64,000 nt of DNA from Elusimicrobiota bacterium (GCA_016721625.1 JADKHR010000001.1:2688503-2752502), one strand, 5' to 3'; counted from the first letter of the stretch, positions 1 to 8,961 are shown. The notes: generated by a model not told the origin, from the sequence alone. Program-made: numbers and translations.

Positions 1-2745
1 GCCTGGTCCATGGTGGAGCATGTCCGATTTTTTCCACACGAAAACTTTGGCACCTACGATCGAAATGTTTTTTGGCACGATTTTTTCCACCAGCGCCGGA
101 AACACCAAGGATTATCAAAAGAATAAAATATTCTATTCCTTGTCGGATTGGCGCACCCATTTGATTACCCAGGATCCCCAGATTGCCCGGGGTCCCCTGA
201 TTGAGAATAATTCCTCTGAAACGGCTTCGTTTTATGAGTTCCGCCCGCTCCGTCCCATTGAACCAGAACTTATCGCGAATGGAACGTTCAATTCAAATGC
301 CAGCTCTTGGTCCCAATGGACAACCACCGGGGGAGGGGCCATCGCCTGGAACGACACGGTCGCTTGCGGACATGCCGGCGGTTGCCTATCCGCCGTTTAT
401 AGCGCCGGTTCCTCAGACGCCATGACGGTGAGCACTCGTTTCCCCGTGGATACGACGAAACTTTACGAGGCTCGCTTGGACCTACGGAGCCAAAAACCCG
501 GAAAAATGTGGCTCGTCATTCGACACAATTCGCTTGGGAGTCCAGATATCCGATATGAGTTCAATATGACGCCGGGGTCGTGGAAAACTATTTCCCACGT
601 CTTCACGGTAACCGTTACGACCCCGGCGGCCAGCTTCTGGCTGGAGACCCGAGGCGACACCTCGGATTATCAGTTCGACAACGTCTCTTTCCGGGCTGTG
701 AATGTCACCCCGAACGACTTGACCAAAGCGGTTGAATTGCGGGTCAACCAGCAGGCGACTCCCCAAACTTTCCCGCTGTCGGGTCCCTACGTGGACGCCC
801 GGAATAACACCCTGGCGGGCGCCGTGGTTTTGCCTCCATTCTCGTCAATGGTCTTAATCCCCGCGTATAACAACGACGACGGTTCCTGCAACAACCTGGA
901 AACCCATTTCACCGCGCCCGGCGATTGCCCCACGGCGGGACCGCCGGACGTTACCCCGCCTACCGTTGCGCTGTCGTCGCCGAGCGCCAACCAAACGTTC
1001 ACGACCCATCAAACGGTTTCAATCGAGGGATCCGCGAGCGATGATGTTTATATTTCAAAAGTTCAATTTTTTCTGGACGGCGTTCTTTTCAGCACGGACA
1101 CCACGTCTCCGTATTCGACCCCATGGCCCATAACGAAGGCCGACAACGGAAATCACACGTGGTCGGCCACGGCCTTCGATGCGGCGGGAAATTCTTCCAC
1201 CACGGCCGTTGTCCCGGTCACCGTCACCATTGAAACGATTCCTCCCACCGTGACCCTGAGTTCCCCGACAGCCAACGCGCAGTTCTTTACGCGCAAACGG
1301 TGCCCTTGTGGGCCGCGGCGACGGACAATGTGGGGGGGGGGATCCGCCGGGTAGAATTTCTATTGGACGGATCGGTTTTTGCCACCAGCACGGGCCCTTT
1401 CAGGGGATCTTGGCCCATCACGGCTGTTCAGAACGGGACGCACACCTGGTGCGCCCGGGCCTTTGATTTGGAAGACAACAGCGCCGTTTCTTCCACGGTC
1501 ACGGTCCATCTCAAAATCGACGACGCCCGGTTTGTCTCCCAAACCGTCCCAGCTAAGATGGTGGCGGGCCGTGTTTACCCTGTCTCCGTCGCCATGCGAA
1601 ACACCGGAAGCGTTCCTTGGACCCGTGGGAACCAATACAAATTAGGTTTCCCCAGCGGGATAGGAACGCCGGACACCCTCTGGCTTGGGACCACAAACCG
1701 TGTTCTCCTTTCCACCTCCGATTCTGTGGTGAACGGTGAGGATAAAATCTTCGCGTTCACTGTAAAAGCCCCCACCACCACAGGAAACTACAATTTCCAG
1801 TGGAAAATGGTCCAGGAAGGGCAACACTGGTTTGACGACATGTCCCCAAATGTCGCGGTCAACGTCTTTGTGGACACCACCCCCCCGCAGATCCTATTGT
1901 CCACTCCGACGGCCAGGATCCGGGTAACGTCCCCACAAACCCTGTCGATCCATGCCGATGCCGCCGATGACGATGGAATCGCCAAGGTCTGGTTCATCTT
2001 AGACGGCGTCACGGTGTCCACGGTGACGACCGCGCCCTTCACGTATGATTGGTCGATCACCTCGGCCCTGAACGGCACGCGCACCTGGTCGGCGACAGCC
2101 TTTGATTTCGAGGGACACAGCACCACGGTTGTTCCCGTCCCGTTGACCGTGGATGTCGACGTCACAAATCCGCTCGCCCCCGCCGCGTTGGCCGCGGAGG
2201 GCAAAACAAGGTCGCTGGTTTTGACCTGGCCCCCGTCCACAGACAGCGGGGGGAGCGGGCTGGCGGGGTATCGAGTGGGCGTGGCCCTGGACGCCGGCTT
2301 CGCCGGTTTTGTCGATGGATGGAACGATTTGAACGTGGGCTCAACAACGACCGTGACGGTGTCAGGGGTCGAGCCGGACTCGGTGTATTACGTCCGCGTC
2401 CGCGCTTTTGACGGAGCCGGTAACTTGTCTAACTTTCGGACGGTCTCCGTTCGAACGTTGCCGGAAGCCTCTCTCACGGTGGACACGGCCCGGGCCTACC
2501 CGGTGCCGTTCCGCCCAGGGCGCGGGGCCACGGGGGTAACGTTCGACCGGACGCCGGAAGGAGCGGACATCCGTCTTTTCACCAACGACGGCCGGTTGGT
2601 CAAAACCCTCGCGGGCAATTCCAGCGGCATGGCGATCTGGGACCTCACCAACGACGAAGGCATACCCGTGGCCAGCGGAGTTTACTTGGCGATTATTGAA
2701 AAAGACGGGGGGCGGAAACGCTTGAAGATCGTGGTTCAGAAATAG
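1..2745 (+). CDS. Secreted multidomain surface/adhesin-like protein (CBM-like N-domain, three bacterial Ig-like repeats, NBR1-type Ig domain, FN3, FlgD-Ig/T9SS-type C-terminal domain). The frame is broken once near 1286-1288, and the 5' end may lie left of the window.
   Basis: ORFs 20..1354 and 1300..2745 join into one protein. Ig repeat 2 starts in one frame (SSPTANAQF) and continues in the other (YAQTVPLWAAATDNVGGGIRRVEFLLDG), matching repeat 1 (SSPSANQTFTTHQTVSIEGSASDD..VQFFLDG) and repeat 3. The frame of ORF 20.. stays open back to position 2. The C-terminus (YPVPFRPG..IRLFTNDGRLVKTL..WDLTNDEG..VASGVYLAII) fits the FlgD-Ig/T9SS sorting-domain pattern. Confidence 0.7.
2265..2745 (+). repeat. 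Copy 1 of a ~480-bp near-identical segment (end of FN3 plus C-terminal domain) shared with 5010..5490
   Basis: Direct DNA comparison at a constant offset of 2745 nt. There are perfect runs of ~100 bp (2511-2609 = 5256-5354) and no indels. Confidence 0.9.
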
Positions 2746-2772
2746 AATCCGAAGGCTTGGGTGGGAGAAGAT

Positions 2773-5490
2773 ATGAATAAATGGTTATGGGGTCAACGTT
2801 CGCTACTCATGGCATGTTTGGCGATGGGTTTAAGCGCCTATGCCGAATATCCAACGTGGGTGGGCGAACACGTTTCCGTTGGGCAAAAGGTCGCCGAACT
2901 GGTGGGCCCGGGTCCCGCGGGGGCAGAACGTTATTACGCCAGCTACATTTATGAGGGCACGGGAGGTCATTTCGACCTCGTGAGCGTTGACCCGCTCACT
3001 GGGGTTATGGAGGTCTTTCCCGGGCCGTCCGAAGAGGGGGCCCGGGGGTTGGCGGTGGGCCAGGACGGGAAAATATACCTGGGAACGGTTTGGCATGCCA
3101 AAATCATGGAGTTTGACCCGCAAACAGGAACGATCACTGATCGCGGTCGACCCGGCGGGGCCTACGCGGAAACTTTCATCGCTGAAATTGCCTCGGGCCC
3201 GGATGGCAACATATACGCCGGGACCTATCCGAACGCCAAATTAATTCGGTACCGCCCCGACACAAAGTCCGTGGAAGACCTGGGAAAAATGGGGGAACCC
3301 AATGATCAATACGTCATCAGCGTTGTGGTCAGCACAGATGGCTTTGTGTTCGGTGGCACCGGACCTATAAATTCAAAAATTGTCGCATACAAAATAAGCA
3401 CGGGAGAGAGACAAGTCATCTTAACAACGAATGAGAGTGGATTTGTCAAATTATTTCATGGAAGGGACGGAAAAATCCATGCCAAATGCGATGATGGTCG
3501 AATGTACCGGCTGAATGGGTTTAACGCGCCGGTATCCGTCAACGGGTTCCCTTGGGTGTATAAAAACGAACTCAACAATGGATCCAGGCTCAACATGCCT
3601 GTCGGCGGTTTCGGGGATGTGACCATCACCCAGGGGACCACCACCGTTAAATCGTTCCCGTTTTCCTATAAAGGGAAACCCCGCCGTATCATGACGTTCG
3701 CTTCCTTGCGCAACGGGCCGGCCATGTATTGTAGTGGCATTCTTGATTTTAACTTGTTTTCTCTCCAAGATAACACCTTTACAAATATCGGATATCTTGG
3801 GGGCGGTGAGGCGTATACAATGATCCCGAACGCCGATTCCACCAAGGTGCTCATAGCCGCCTACTCCGGGCTGGCACCCCTCATGTTGTATGACCCGGCC
3901 GTTACCTTCAACCCTGGGATTAACCCCGTTTTCGCTGGTATGGGCCGAATTGACTCTTCGTGGAGACCTCATACGATGGTTGTCCTATCGTCCAGCGTTG
4001 TCGTGGCCGGTGGTCAACCCGGATACGGGAAATTCGGGGGGCCGTTGGTGAAGTGGAATTTTGAAAGCAACGTGGTCGAAACATGGATTCCCATTCCCAA
4101 CGAAAGCCCGTATTCGCTCGTCAAGTTCGGTGGGAAAATCATCGGCGGCACCATCACCAAAAACGGGACCGGCACCACGCCCATCGAAACCCAAGCGACC
4201 TTGTTCATCTGGGACCCGGACACAAAAGAAGTGGAATACGCCATTAAAATGCCCGGAAGCGTCATCACCAATCTGGTCGTCAGGGAAGGGTTTGTATACG
4301 GTTTTTGCGATTCGAAATGGTTTCGGTTCAATCCCGAAACTCGCGCACTCGTACAAAGAACTCAGCGCGGCGTCTGGGCGCTGAGCAAAAGTTTGGTTGT
4401 CATGCCGGACGGAAACGTCTGGGGGCTCGCTGAGTCCGGGATTTTCAAAGTCGATCCCCAGGTGGATCCCGCCCATCCAACGATAAACCCGGTGACCGTG
4501 GTCCTTTCGACCACCGCCCTGGGCATGCCGCTAACGGCGGGATTTGCCGCCAAAGGGAACGATCTTTATTTCGCCTCCCTCACGAAGTTGTTCAAATTCA
4601 CAATACCGTCACCTGTTCCCGACACCACCCCGCCGACCGTCCACCTTAACCAACCGGCGTCCGGCTCCATTTTTTCCAAAGTCCAAACGGTGTCGGTGAA
4701 ATGTACGGCCAACGACGACACGGAGGTCGCGAAAGTCTGGTTTCTCCACAATGGGGTCGTGGTGTCGACAGACACGACTGTACCCTTTTCCTACGCCTGG
4801 CCGATCACGGAATCGGACAATGGCCCCCACACCTTGACGGCAACGGCGTTTGACGCCGTGGGGAACAGGTCCACGACCGCGATCATGTCCGTTCTTGTTG
4901 ACATAGATGCCACACCACCGGTGGCTCCTGTATCGTTGACGGCATTGGCGGTCTCTTCCTCCTCCGTCCACCTGTCCTGGTCTGCGAGCACGGACAACGT
5001 CGGCGTGGCCGGGTATCGGGTGGACGTGGGCCTGGACGCCGGCTTCGCCGGTTTTGTCGACGGGTGGAACGATTTAAATGTGGGGTCCACAACCACCGTG
5101 ACGGTGTCAGGGGTCGTGCCGGACACGGTGTATTACGTCCGCGTCCGCGCTTTTGACGGAGCGGGGAACCTGTCCGATTTTCGAACGGTTTCCGTCCGGA
5201 CATTGCCGGAAGCCTCGCTTACGGTGGACACCGCCCGGGCCTACCCGGTGCCGTACCGCCCAGGGCGCGGGGCCACGGGGGTAACGTTCGACCGGACGCC
5301 GGAAGGAGCGGACATCCGTCTTTTCACCAACGACGGCCGGTTGGTCAAAACCCTTGCGGGCAATTCCAGCGGCATGGCGATCTGGGACCTCACCAACGAC
5401 GACGGCACCCCCGTGGCCAGCGGGGTTTACCTGGCGATCATTGAAAAGAACGGCGCGCGGAAGAAATTGAAGGTGGTGGTGCAGAAATAG
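2773..5490 (+). CDS. Secreted beta-propeller-like repeat protein with an Ig-like repeat, FN3 and a FlgD-Ig/T9SS-type C-terminal domain
   Basis: ORF 2761..5490. The ATG at 2773 gives a signal-like N-terminus (MNKWLWGQRSLLMACLAMGLSAYA). Recurring DG.IY.GT blade-like motifs are followed by PPTVHLNQPASG..VAKVWFLHNG (Ig-like), FN3 and the same C-terminal ~160 aa as the upstream gene. Confidence 0.75.
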   Translation: MNKWLWGQRSLLMACLAMGLSAYAEYPTWVGEHVSVGQKVAELVGPGPAGAERYYASYIYEGTGGHFDLVSVDPLTGVMEVFPGPSEEGARGLAVGQDGKIYLGTVWHAKIMEFDPQTGTITDRGRPGGAYAETFIAEIASGPDGNIYAGTYPNAKLIRYRPDTKSVEDLGKMGEPNDQYVISVVVSTDGFVFGGTGPINSKIVAYKISTGERQVILTTNESGFVKLFHGRDGKIHAKCDDGRMYRLNGFNAPVSVNGFPWVYKNELNNGSRLNMPVGGFGDVTITQGTTTVKSFPFSYKGKPRRIMTFASLRNGPAMYCSGILDFNLFSLQDNTFTNIGYLGGGEAYTMIPNADSTKVLIAAYSGLAPLMLYDPAVTFNPGINPVFAGMGRIDSSWRPHTMVVLSSSVVVAGGQPGYGKFGGPLVKWNFESNVVETWIPIPNESPYSLVKFGGKIIGGTITKNGTGTTPIETQATLFIWDPDTKEVEYAIKMPGSVITNLVVREGFVYGFCDSKWFRFNPETRALVQRTQRGVWALSKSLVVMPDGNVWGLAESGIFKVDPQVDPAHPTINPVTVVLSTTALGMPLTAGFAAKGNDLYFASLTKLFKFTIPSPVPDTTPPTVHLNQPASGSIFSKVQTVSVKCTANDDTEVAKVWFLHNGVVVSTDTTVPFSYAWPITESDNGPHTLTATAFDAVGNRSTTAIMSVLVDIDATPPVAPVSLTALAVSSSSVHLSWSASTDNVGVAGYRVDVGLDAGFAGFVDGWNDLNVGSTTTVTVSGVVPDTVYYVRVRAFDGAGNLSDFRTVSVRTLPEASLTVDTARAYPVPYRPGRGATGVTFDRTPEGADIRLFTNDGRLVKTLAGNSSGMAIWDLTNDDGTPVASGVYLAIIEKNGARKKLKVVVQK
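5010..5490 (+). repeat. Copy 2 of the ~480-bp near-identical segment shared with 2265..2745
   Basis: See copy 1. Confidence 0.9.
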
Positions 5491-5624
5491 GGGGCACCCA
5501 CAGCCGGGAGCCCACGGGAGGACGCAGGGGCATTGTCCGCCGGACTTGGGTTTGGGTGGCGCAAACGGACGGTGGACTATGCGTTCGTCAGCCGCGGAGA
5601 TTTAGATCCCAGATGAGTTTTGTC

Positions 5625-6238
5625 TATCGGCTACGGTTTTTGACATGAAGCGCCAGCATGGGACACGGGCCAGCAAGAGGGATCCATCCAGATACCATCT
5701 AAAGAAAACCCTTGAAAAAAACCGGGGGGGGGGTATACTTATAGAGAAGGCGGGTGTTTCAGACGGAGGGGAAAATGCGTCCTGTGCGCGGTCAACCTTC
5801 GGGCTTCACCCTGATCGAGCTGATGCTCGTGGTGGCGATCATCGGTCTTTTGGCGTCTATCGCCATTCCCAAGTTTGCGGGCCTCATCATCAAATCGAAA
5901 GAGGCGGGTGAAAGGACAGTTGGGCGGGTTGCGGAGCGCCATCAGTATTTATTATTCCGATAACGAGGATTTATCCAGACCCATTTACTGATTTAGCGGC
6001 GACTCTACTAAAAATACATTGACGCGATTGCTTCCATTCGAATTCCCACCGTTCCCTATCGACCCATCCCTATGCCAAACGTTCCAGGCCCGACAGGGAC
6101 GATTCGGCGTGGGGCGCCGTTTTGACGAGTTGGTATTACGACTGGTCCACCAGAGAACTTTTTGTCAACTGCACCCACCTCGACTCCACCGGCCGGGTGT
6201 GGTCCACGTATTAACGATTCCCTTTTCTGGGACCATGG
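5625..6238 (+). repeat. Direct repeat A (~614 bp): pilin promoter region plus a degenerate pilin gene
   Basis: Aligns base for base with 7333..7950 apart from a few substitutions and small indels. It ends at gggaccatgg. Confidence 0.9.
5775..6214 (+). pseudogene. Degenerate copy of the type IV pilin-like (prepilin N-terminal methylation domain) gene
   Basis: The first 44 codons are identical to 7480..7926 (MRPVRGQPSGFTLIELMLVVAIIGLLASIAIPKFAGLIIKSKEA). After that there is a 2-nt deletion and at least three more indels (net -7 nt), so the remainder is readable only across three frames (ORFs 5754..5963 and 6019..6264). Confidence 0.8.
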
Positions 6239-6244
6239 TGGAAT

Positions 6245-6271
6245 TAGGGGACATGATTGACTAGTTGACTT
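6245..6271 (+). repeat. Left 27-bp terminal inverted repeat
   Basis: Perfect reverse complement of 7301-7327. It contains the stop codon (6261-6263) of the transposase C-terminal reading frame. Confidence 0.9.
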
Positions 6272-7272
6272 CCAGCCAGGAGGCCAAGCCTGACGCTGGA
6301 AATATGACGTCCCCTCGTTGTCTCGCGCGCGTCGCCGCACCGTCTCCCATCTTCGTCATGAGCGCCATCTCCCGGTTCGTACGTCCGAGATACTCCACCC
6401 CGATATGGATGAACAGGGCCTTCGCTTTCGATACCCGCGCGGTCCTGTCCCTTTTGAAGAGAATGTCTTTAGATACCTGAGCCTCTTCAGCAATCCGCTC
6501 CGCCACCTGGCTCAGGGTGACCCTTTTTCCTAAGCCGGTCCTGTGCGGTCTCCTCCACCTCCACGGCTTTCATGATTTCCTGAACAAAGTCCCCCGATCC
6601 CAATATCCTGGAATCATAGGCTTCTCGCTCCCCCGCACGCCCGGCTCTCAGCACGTTTCGAACACCGCCCATCGATCGGATCAGGCCTCCTCCGGTTAAA
6701 TCCGTTCTTTTTCCCCGGCGGAATCCCTCCTCGACAAATTCTTCATACATTTTTTTAGCCTTGAAATGGTTGGACGAAAATCGCCCCCATACTTCGGCGA
6801 TTTCCTGCCAGGGAATTCGCCTCTTTCCCATTAACGCACCGTGGCCGCAGTAAGGATAATTCGACAGCTCCTGCGTGTCCTTGACAAGCTTCGCCCGCAA
6901 CGGATTGAGGTGAATGTAGCGCACCAGTTCCAACAAGTAAGGTTCTTCTTCACAAATGATCGATTTGTATCGATTCCCAAAGAGGTGGCCGGATCGCTTA
7001 TGACGGACATTGTAGGCCGTCGCATACCCCGTCATTACTTTTCGCATGAAGGGCACAAGCCCAGTCTTGCCAGAGCGGACCAGGAGGTGGAAATGATTCG
7101 GCATCAGGGACCATGCAAGGATTTGACTTGGATATCTTTCGTTGGAGGTTTCCAGCCGGGCTTGAAAATCAGCGTAGTCCCCTGGACCCGAAAAGAGAAC
7201 CCGCCGCTCGATGCCTCGCGCCATCACATGGTGCAACAGCCCGGGTATATCAACTCTCGCCTGGCGTGGCAT
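6261..7272 (-). CDS. IS200/IS605-superfamily (RayT-like) Y1 transposase with a DnaA-domain-IV-like C-terminal HTH. There is a frame change at 6521-6528.
   Basis: ORF 6487..7272 has the HUH motif (PNHFHLLV) and the catalytic Tyr context (LVRYIHLNPLRAKLV). ORF 6261..6506 (VSKDILFKRDRTARVSKAKALFIHIGVEYLGRTNREMA..ATRARQRG) continues it as ..RLRKKG / VTLSQVAERIAEE after a +1 shift at AAAAAGGG on the coding strand. Confidence 0.8.
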
Positions 7273-7300
7273 GCTCCAAATCTACCTCCTCTCCAACAAT

Positions 7301-7327
7301 AAGTCAACTAGTCAATCATGTCCCCTA
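7301..7327 (-). repeat. Right 27-bp terminal inverted repeat
   Basis: aagtcaactagtcaatcatgtccccta is the perfect reverse complement of 6245-6271. It lies 29 nt upstream of the transposase ATG (7272). Confidence 0.9.
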
Positions 7328-7332
7328 TCTCG

Positions 7333-7950
7333 TATCGGCTACGGTTTTTGACATGAAGCGCCAGCATAAAACACGGGCCAGCAAGAGGGATCCATCCAGA
7401 TACCATCTAAAGAAAACCCTTGAAAAAAACCGGGCGGGAATACTTATAGAGAAGGCGGGGGTTTCAGACGAAGGGGAAAATGCGTCCTGTGCGCGGTCAA
7501 CCTTCGGGCTTCACCCTGATCGAGCTGATGCTCGTGGTGGCGATCATCGGTCTTTTGGCGTCTATCGCCATTCCCAAGTTTGCGGGCCTCATCATCAAAT
7601 CGAAAGAGGCGGCGGTGAAAGGACAGTTGGGCGGGTTGCGGAGCGCCATCAGTATTTATTATTCCGATAACGAGGGGATTTATCCAGACCCATTTACTGA
7701 TTTAGCGGCGACTCTTGTACCAAAATACATTGACGCGATTGCTTCCATTCGAATTCCCACCGTTCCCCTATCGACCCATCCCTATGCCAAACGTTCCAGG
7801 CCCGACAGGGACGATTCGGCGTGGGGCGCCGTTTTGACGAGTTGGTATTACGACTGGTCCACCAGAGAACTTTTTGTCAACTGCACCCACCTCGACTCCA
7901 CCGGCCGGGTGTGGTCCACGTATTAACGATTCCCTTTTCTGGGACCATGG
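7333..7950 (+). repeat. Direct repeat B (~618 bp): pilin promoter region plus the intact pilin gene
   Basis: Aligns with 5625..6238. Confidence 0.9.
7480..7926 (+). CDS. Type IV pilin-like protein (prepilin-type N-terminal cleavage/methylation domain)
   Basis: The leader MRPVRGQPSG|FTLIELMLVVAIIGLLASIAIPKF is the class III signal / N-methylation motif. GGGGAAAA lies upstream of the ATG. The protein is 148 aa. Confidence 0.85.
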   Translation: MRPVRGQPSGFTLIELMLVVAIIGLLASIAIPKFAGLIIKSKEAAVKGQLGGLRSAISIYYSDNEGIYPDPFTDLAATLVPKYIDAIASIRIPTVPLSTHPYAKRSRPDRDDSAWGAVLTSWYYDWSTRELFVNCTHLDSTGRVWSTY

Positions 7951-7963
7951 GTGCTGTGGTCCC
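7941..7963. terminator. GC-rich hairpin between the convergent pilin and tonB-like genes (no U-tract)
   Basis: gggacca-N9-tggtccc, a 7-bp stem. It lacks a following T run on either strand. Confidence 0.35.
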
Positions 7964-8009
7964 CCCTAAACGCATGAACGGGTCCTAATGGGAAAAGGGG
8001 AGAAGCGGC

Positions 8010-8735
8010 TTACTGTAGGCGGAAACGGACGAGGACGGGGAGTTCTTTTTCTTTGAAGCCGTCGGGGAGGGGGGGGAAGGGGGCGGCGGCGGAGACGGCG
8101 TGTTTGGCGGTCATGTCGAAGAGGGAATCCCCCGAGGACATTTTGATCTTGATGGCCTTTACGGTTCCATCTTTTAAGAGAGTGAACCCCACTTTGCACT
8201 CCCGGGTGCCGGCGTCGGTGCGATCCCAAGCTTCCCAAAGACGTTTGTAGACCAACTCGCCATACCACTTAAAGGGGAACTGTTTCGCCCCTCCTCCGCC
8301 CCCGCCGGGGCCGAACCCACCGATCTCAAGGGACGTCCCCACGCCGCCCACGGGGCCTGTTTTGGCGCCTTGGAAATCGCCGTGGCCCAGGGGGGAATTT
8401 CCGCGACCGTCTTTCTTGCCGCCCTTCTTGGGGAGGTTTTTGGGGGCTTCCGGGACCTTTTTTTCTTCTGGTTTTTCGGGTATGGCCACACGGTTTGGGT
8501 CTTCCGCCACAGGCGGGGGCTCCGCCAGGGGAGGTTCGGTGACGGCGGGTCGGCCCACGGGGGAGGCCGTCGGGGACGGCGCGGGCTCCAGCCTCCCGGT
8601 TCCGAACCCCGATTGTCCCCCGAGGAATTGGAACCCATAGTAGACCTGGGGTTTTTCCGTCCAGAACAGGGCCAGGGAAATCACTCCCAGGAGCACGCCG
8701 TGGAGGGTGGATGAATAAATGAGGTATCGGTTCAT
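8010..8735 (-). CDS. TonB-family energy transducer (N-terminal TM helix, Pro-rich linker, TonB C-terminal domain)
   Basis: N-terminal MNRYLIYSSTLHGVLLGVISLALFW, a PEPPP-rich spacer, and the C-terminal region FKWYGELVYKRLWEAW..VGFTLLKDGTVKAIKI..SGDSLFDMTAKHAVSAAAPFPPLP. Confidence 0.8.
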   Translation of the reverse strand: MNRYLIYSSTLHGVLLGVISLALFWTEKPQVYYGFQFLGGQSGFGTGRLEPAPSPTASPVGRPAVTEPPLAEPPPVAEDPNRVAIPEKPEEKKVPEAPKNLPKKGGKKDGRGNSPLGHGDFQGAKTGPVGGVGTSLEIGGFGPGGGGGGAKQFPFKWYGELVYKRLWEAWDRTDAGTRECKVGFTLLKDGTVKAIKIKMSSGDSLFDMTAKHAVSAAAPFPPLPDGFKEKELPVLVRFRLQ

Positions 8736-8788
8736 GGGGATTTGGAGCCGGAACTGTTTAGTCTTTTGGAATTCAATAAACGGTCGAA

Positions 8789-8814
8789 ACTTGTCAAGTT
8801 ACGACTTGTCAAGT
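8789..8814. promoter_or_regulatory. Two copies of the near-palindrome ACTTGTCAAGT spaced 15 bp apart, 55-80 nt upstream of the tonB-like start
   Basis: 8789-8799 and 8804-8814 are identical. Each reads TTGACA on the bottom (coding) strand. I could not place a convincing -10 element. Confidence 0.3.
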
Positions 8815-8862
8815 CATGACTATCAAATCCAGAAAATCCGATAAAGCGGGAATTTAGGGATT

Positions 8863-8885
8863 CCTTCCCCCCTGGAGGGGGAAGG
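8863..8885. repeat. Polypyrimidine/polypurine hairpin CCTTCCCCC-N5-GGGGGAAGG
   Basis: Perfect 9-bp stem in the exbD-tonB spacer. Confidence 0.6.
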
Positions 8886-8937
8886 GTGGATGGGGGGCGG
8901 CCTCCGTCTTCGTTGGTAAAGTCCCCCCCCACCCCAA

Positions 8938-8961
8938 CCCTCCCCCTCGGTGGGGGGAGGG
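8938..8961. repeat. Polypyrimidine/polypurine hairpin CCCTCCCCC-N5/6-GGGGGAGGG
   Basis: Perfect 9-bp stem, the same style as 8863-8885 and 53782-53804. Confidence 0.6.

Larger units (their letters stand above)
6245..7327. mobile_element. 1083-bp cassette: a Y1/HUH transposase gene bounded by perfect 27-bp inverted repeats
   Basis: 6245-6271 (taggggacatgattgactagttgactt) is the exact reverse complement of 7301-7327. The single gene between them is an IS200/RayT-type transposase. Confidence 0.75.

Noticed and set aside
1331-1340. The G10 tract as the cause of the frame break in the first surface-protein gene.
   Set aside because: Both reading frames pass the tract. By homology with the other Ig repeats, the switch maps to cagttctttacgcg (1282-1295), 45 nt upstream.
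5645-5911. ORFs 5645..5911 and 7113..7670 (MKRQHGTRASKRDPSRYHLKK..) upstream of and overlapping the pilin genes.
   Set aside because: They run through the promoter region and then out of frame across the pilin N-terminus. The conserved pilin frame explains the conservation between the two copies.
5625-7950. A diversity-generating-retroelement-like relationship between the two pilin copies, since several differences are A in copy B versus G in copy A.
   Set aside because: There are only about five such positions, and they lie in the non-coding upstream part. The other differences are indels. No reverse transcriptase gene is present in the window.
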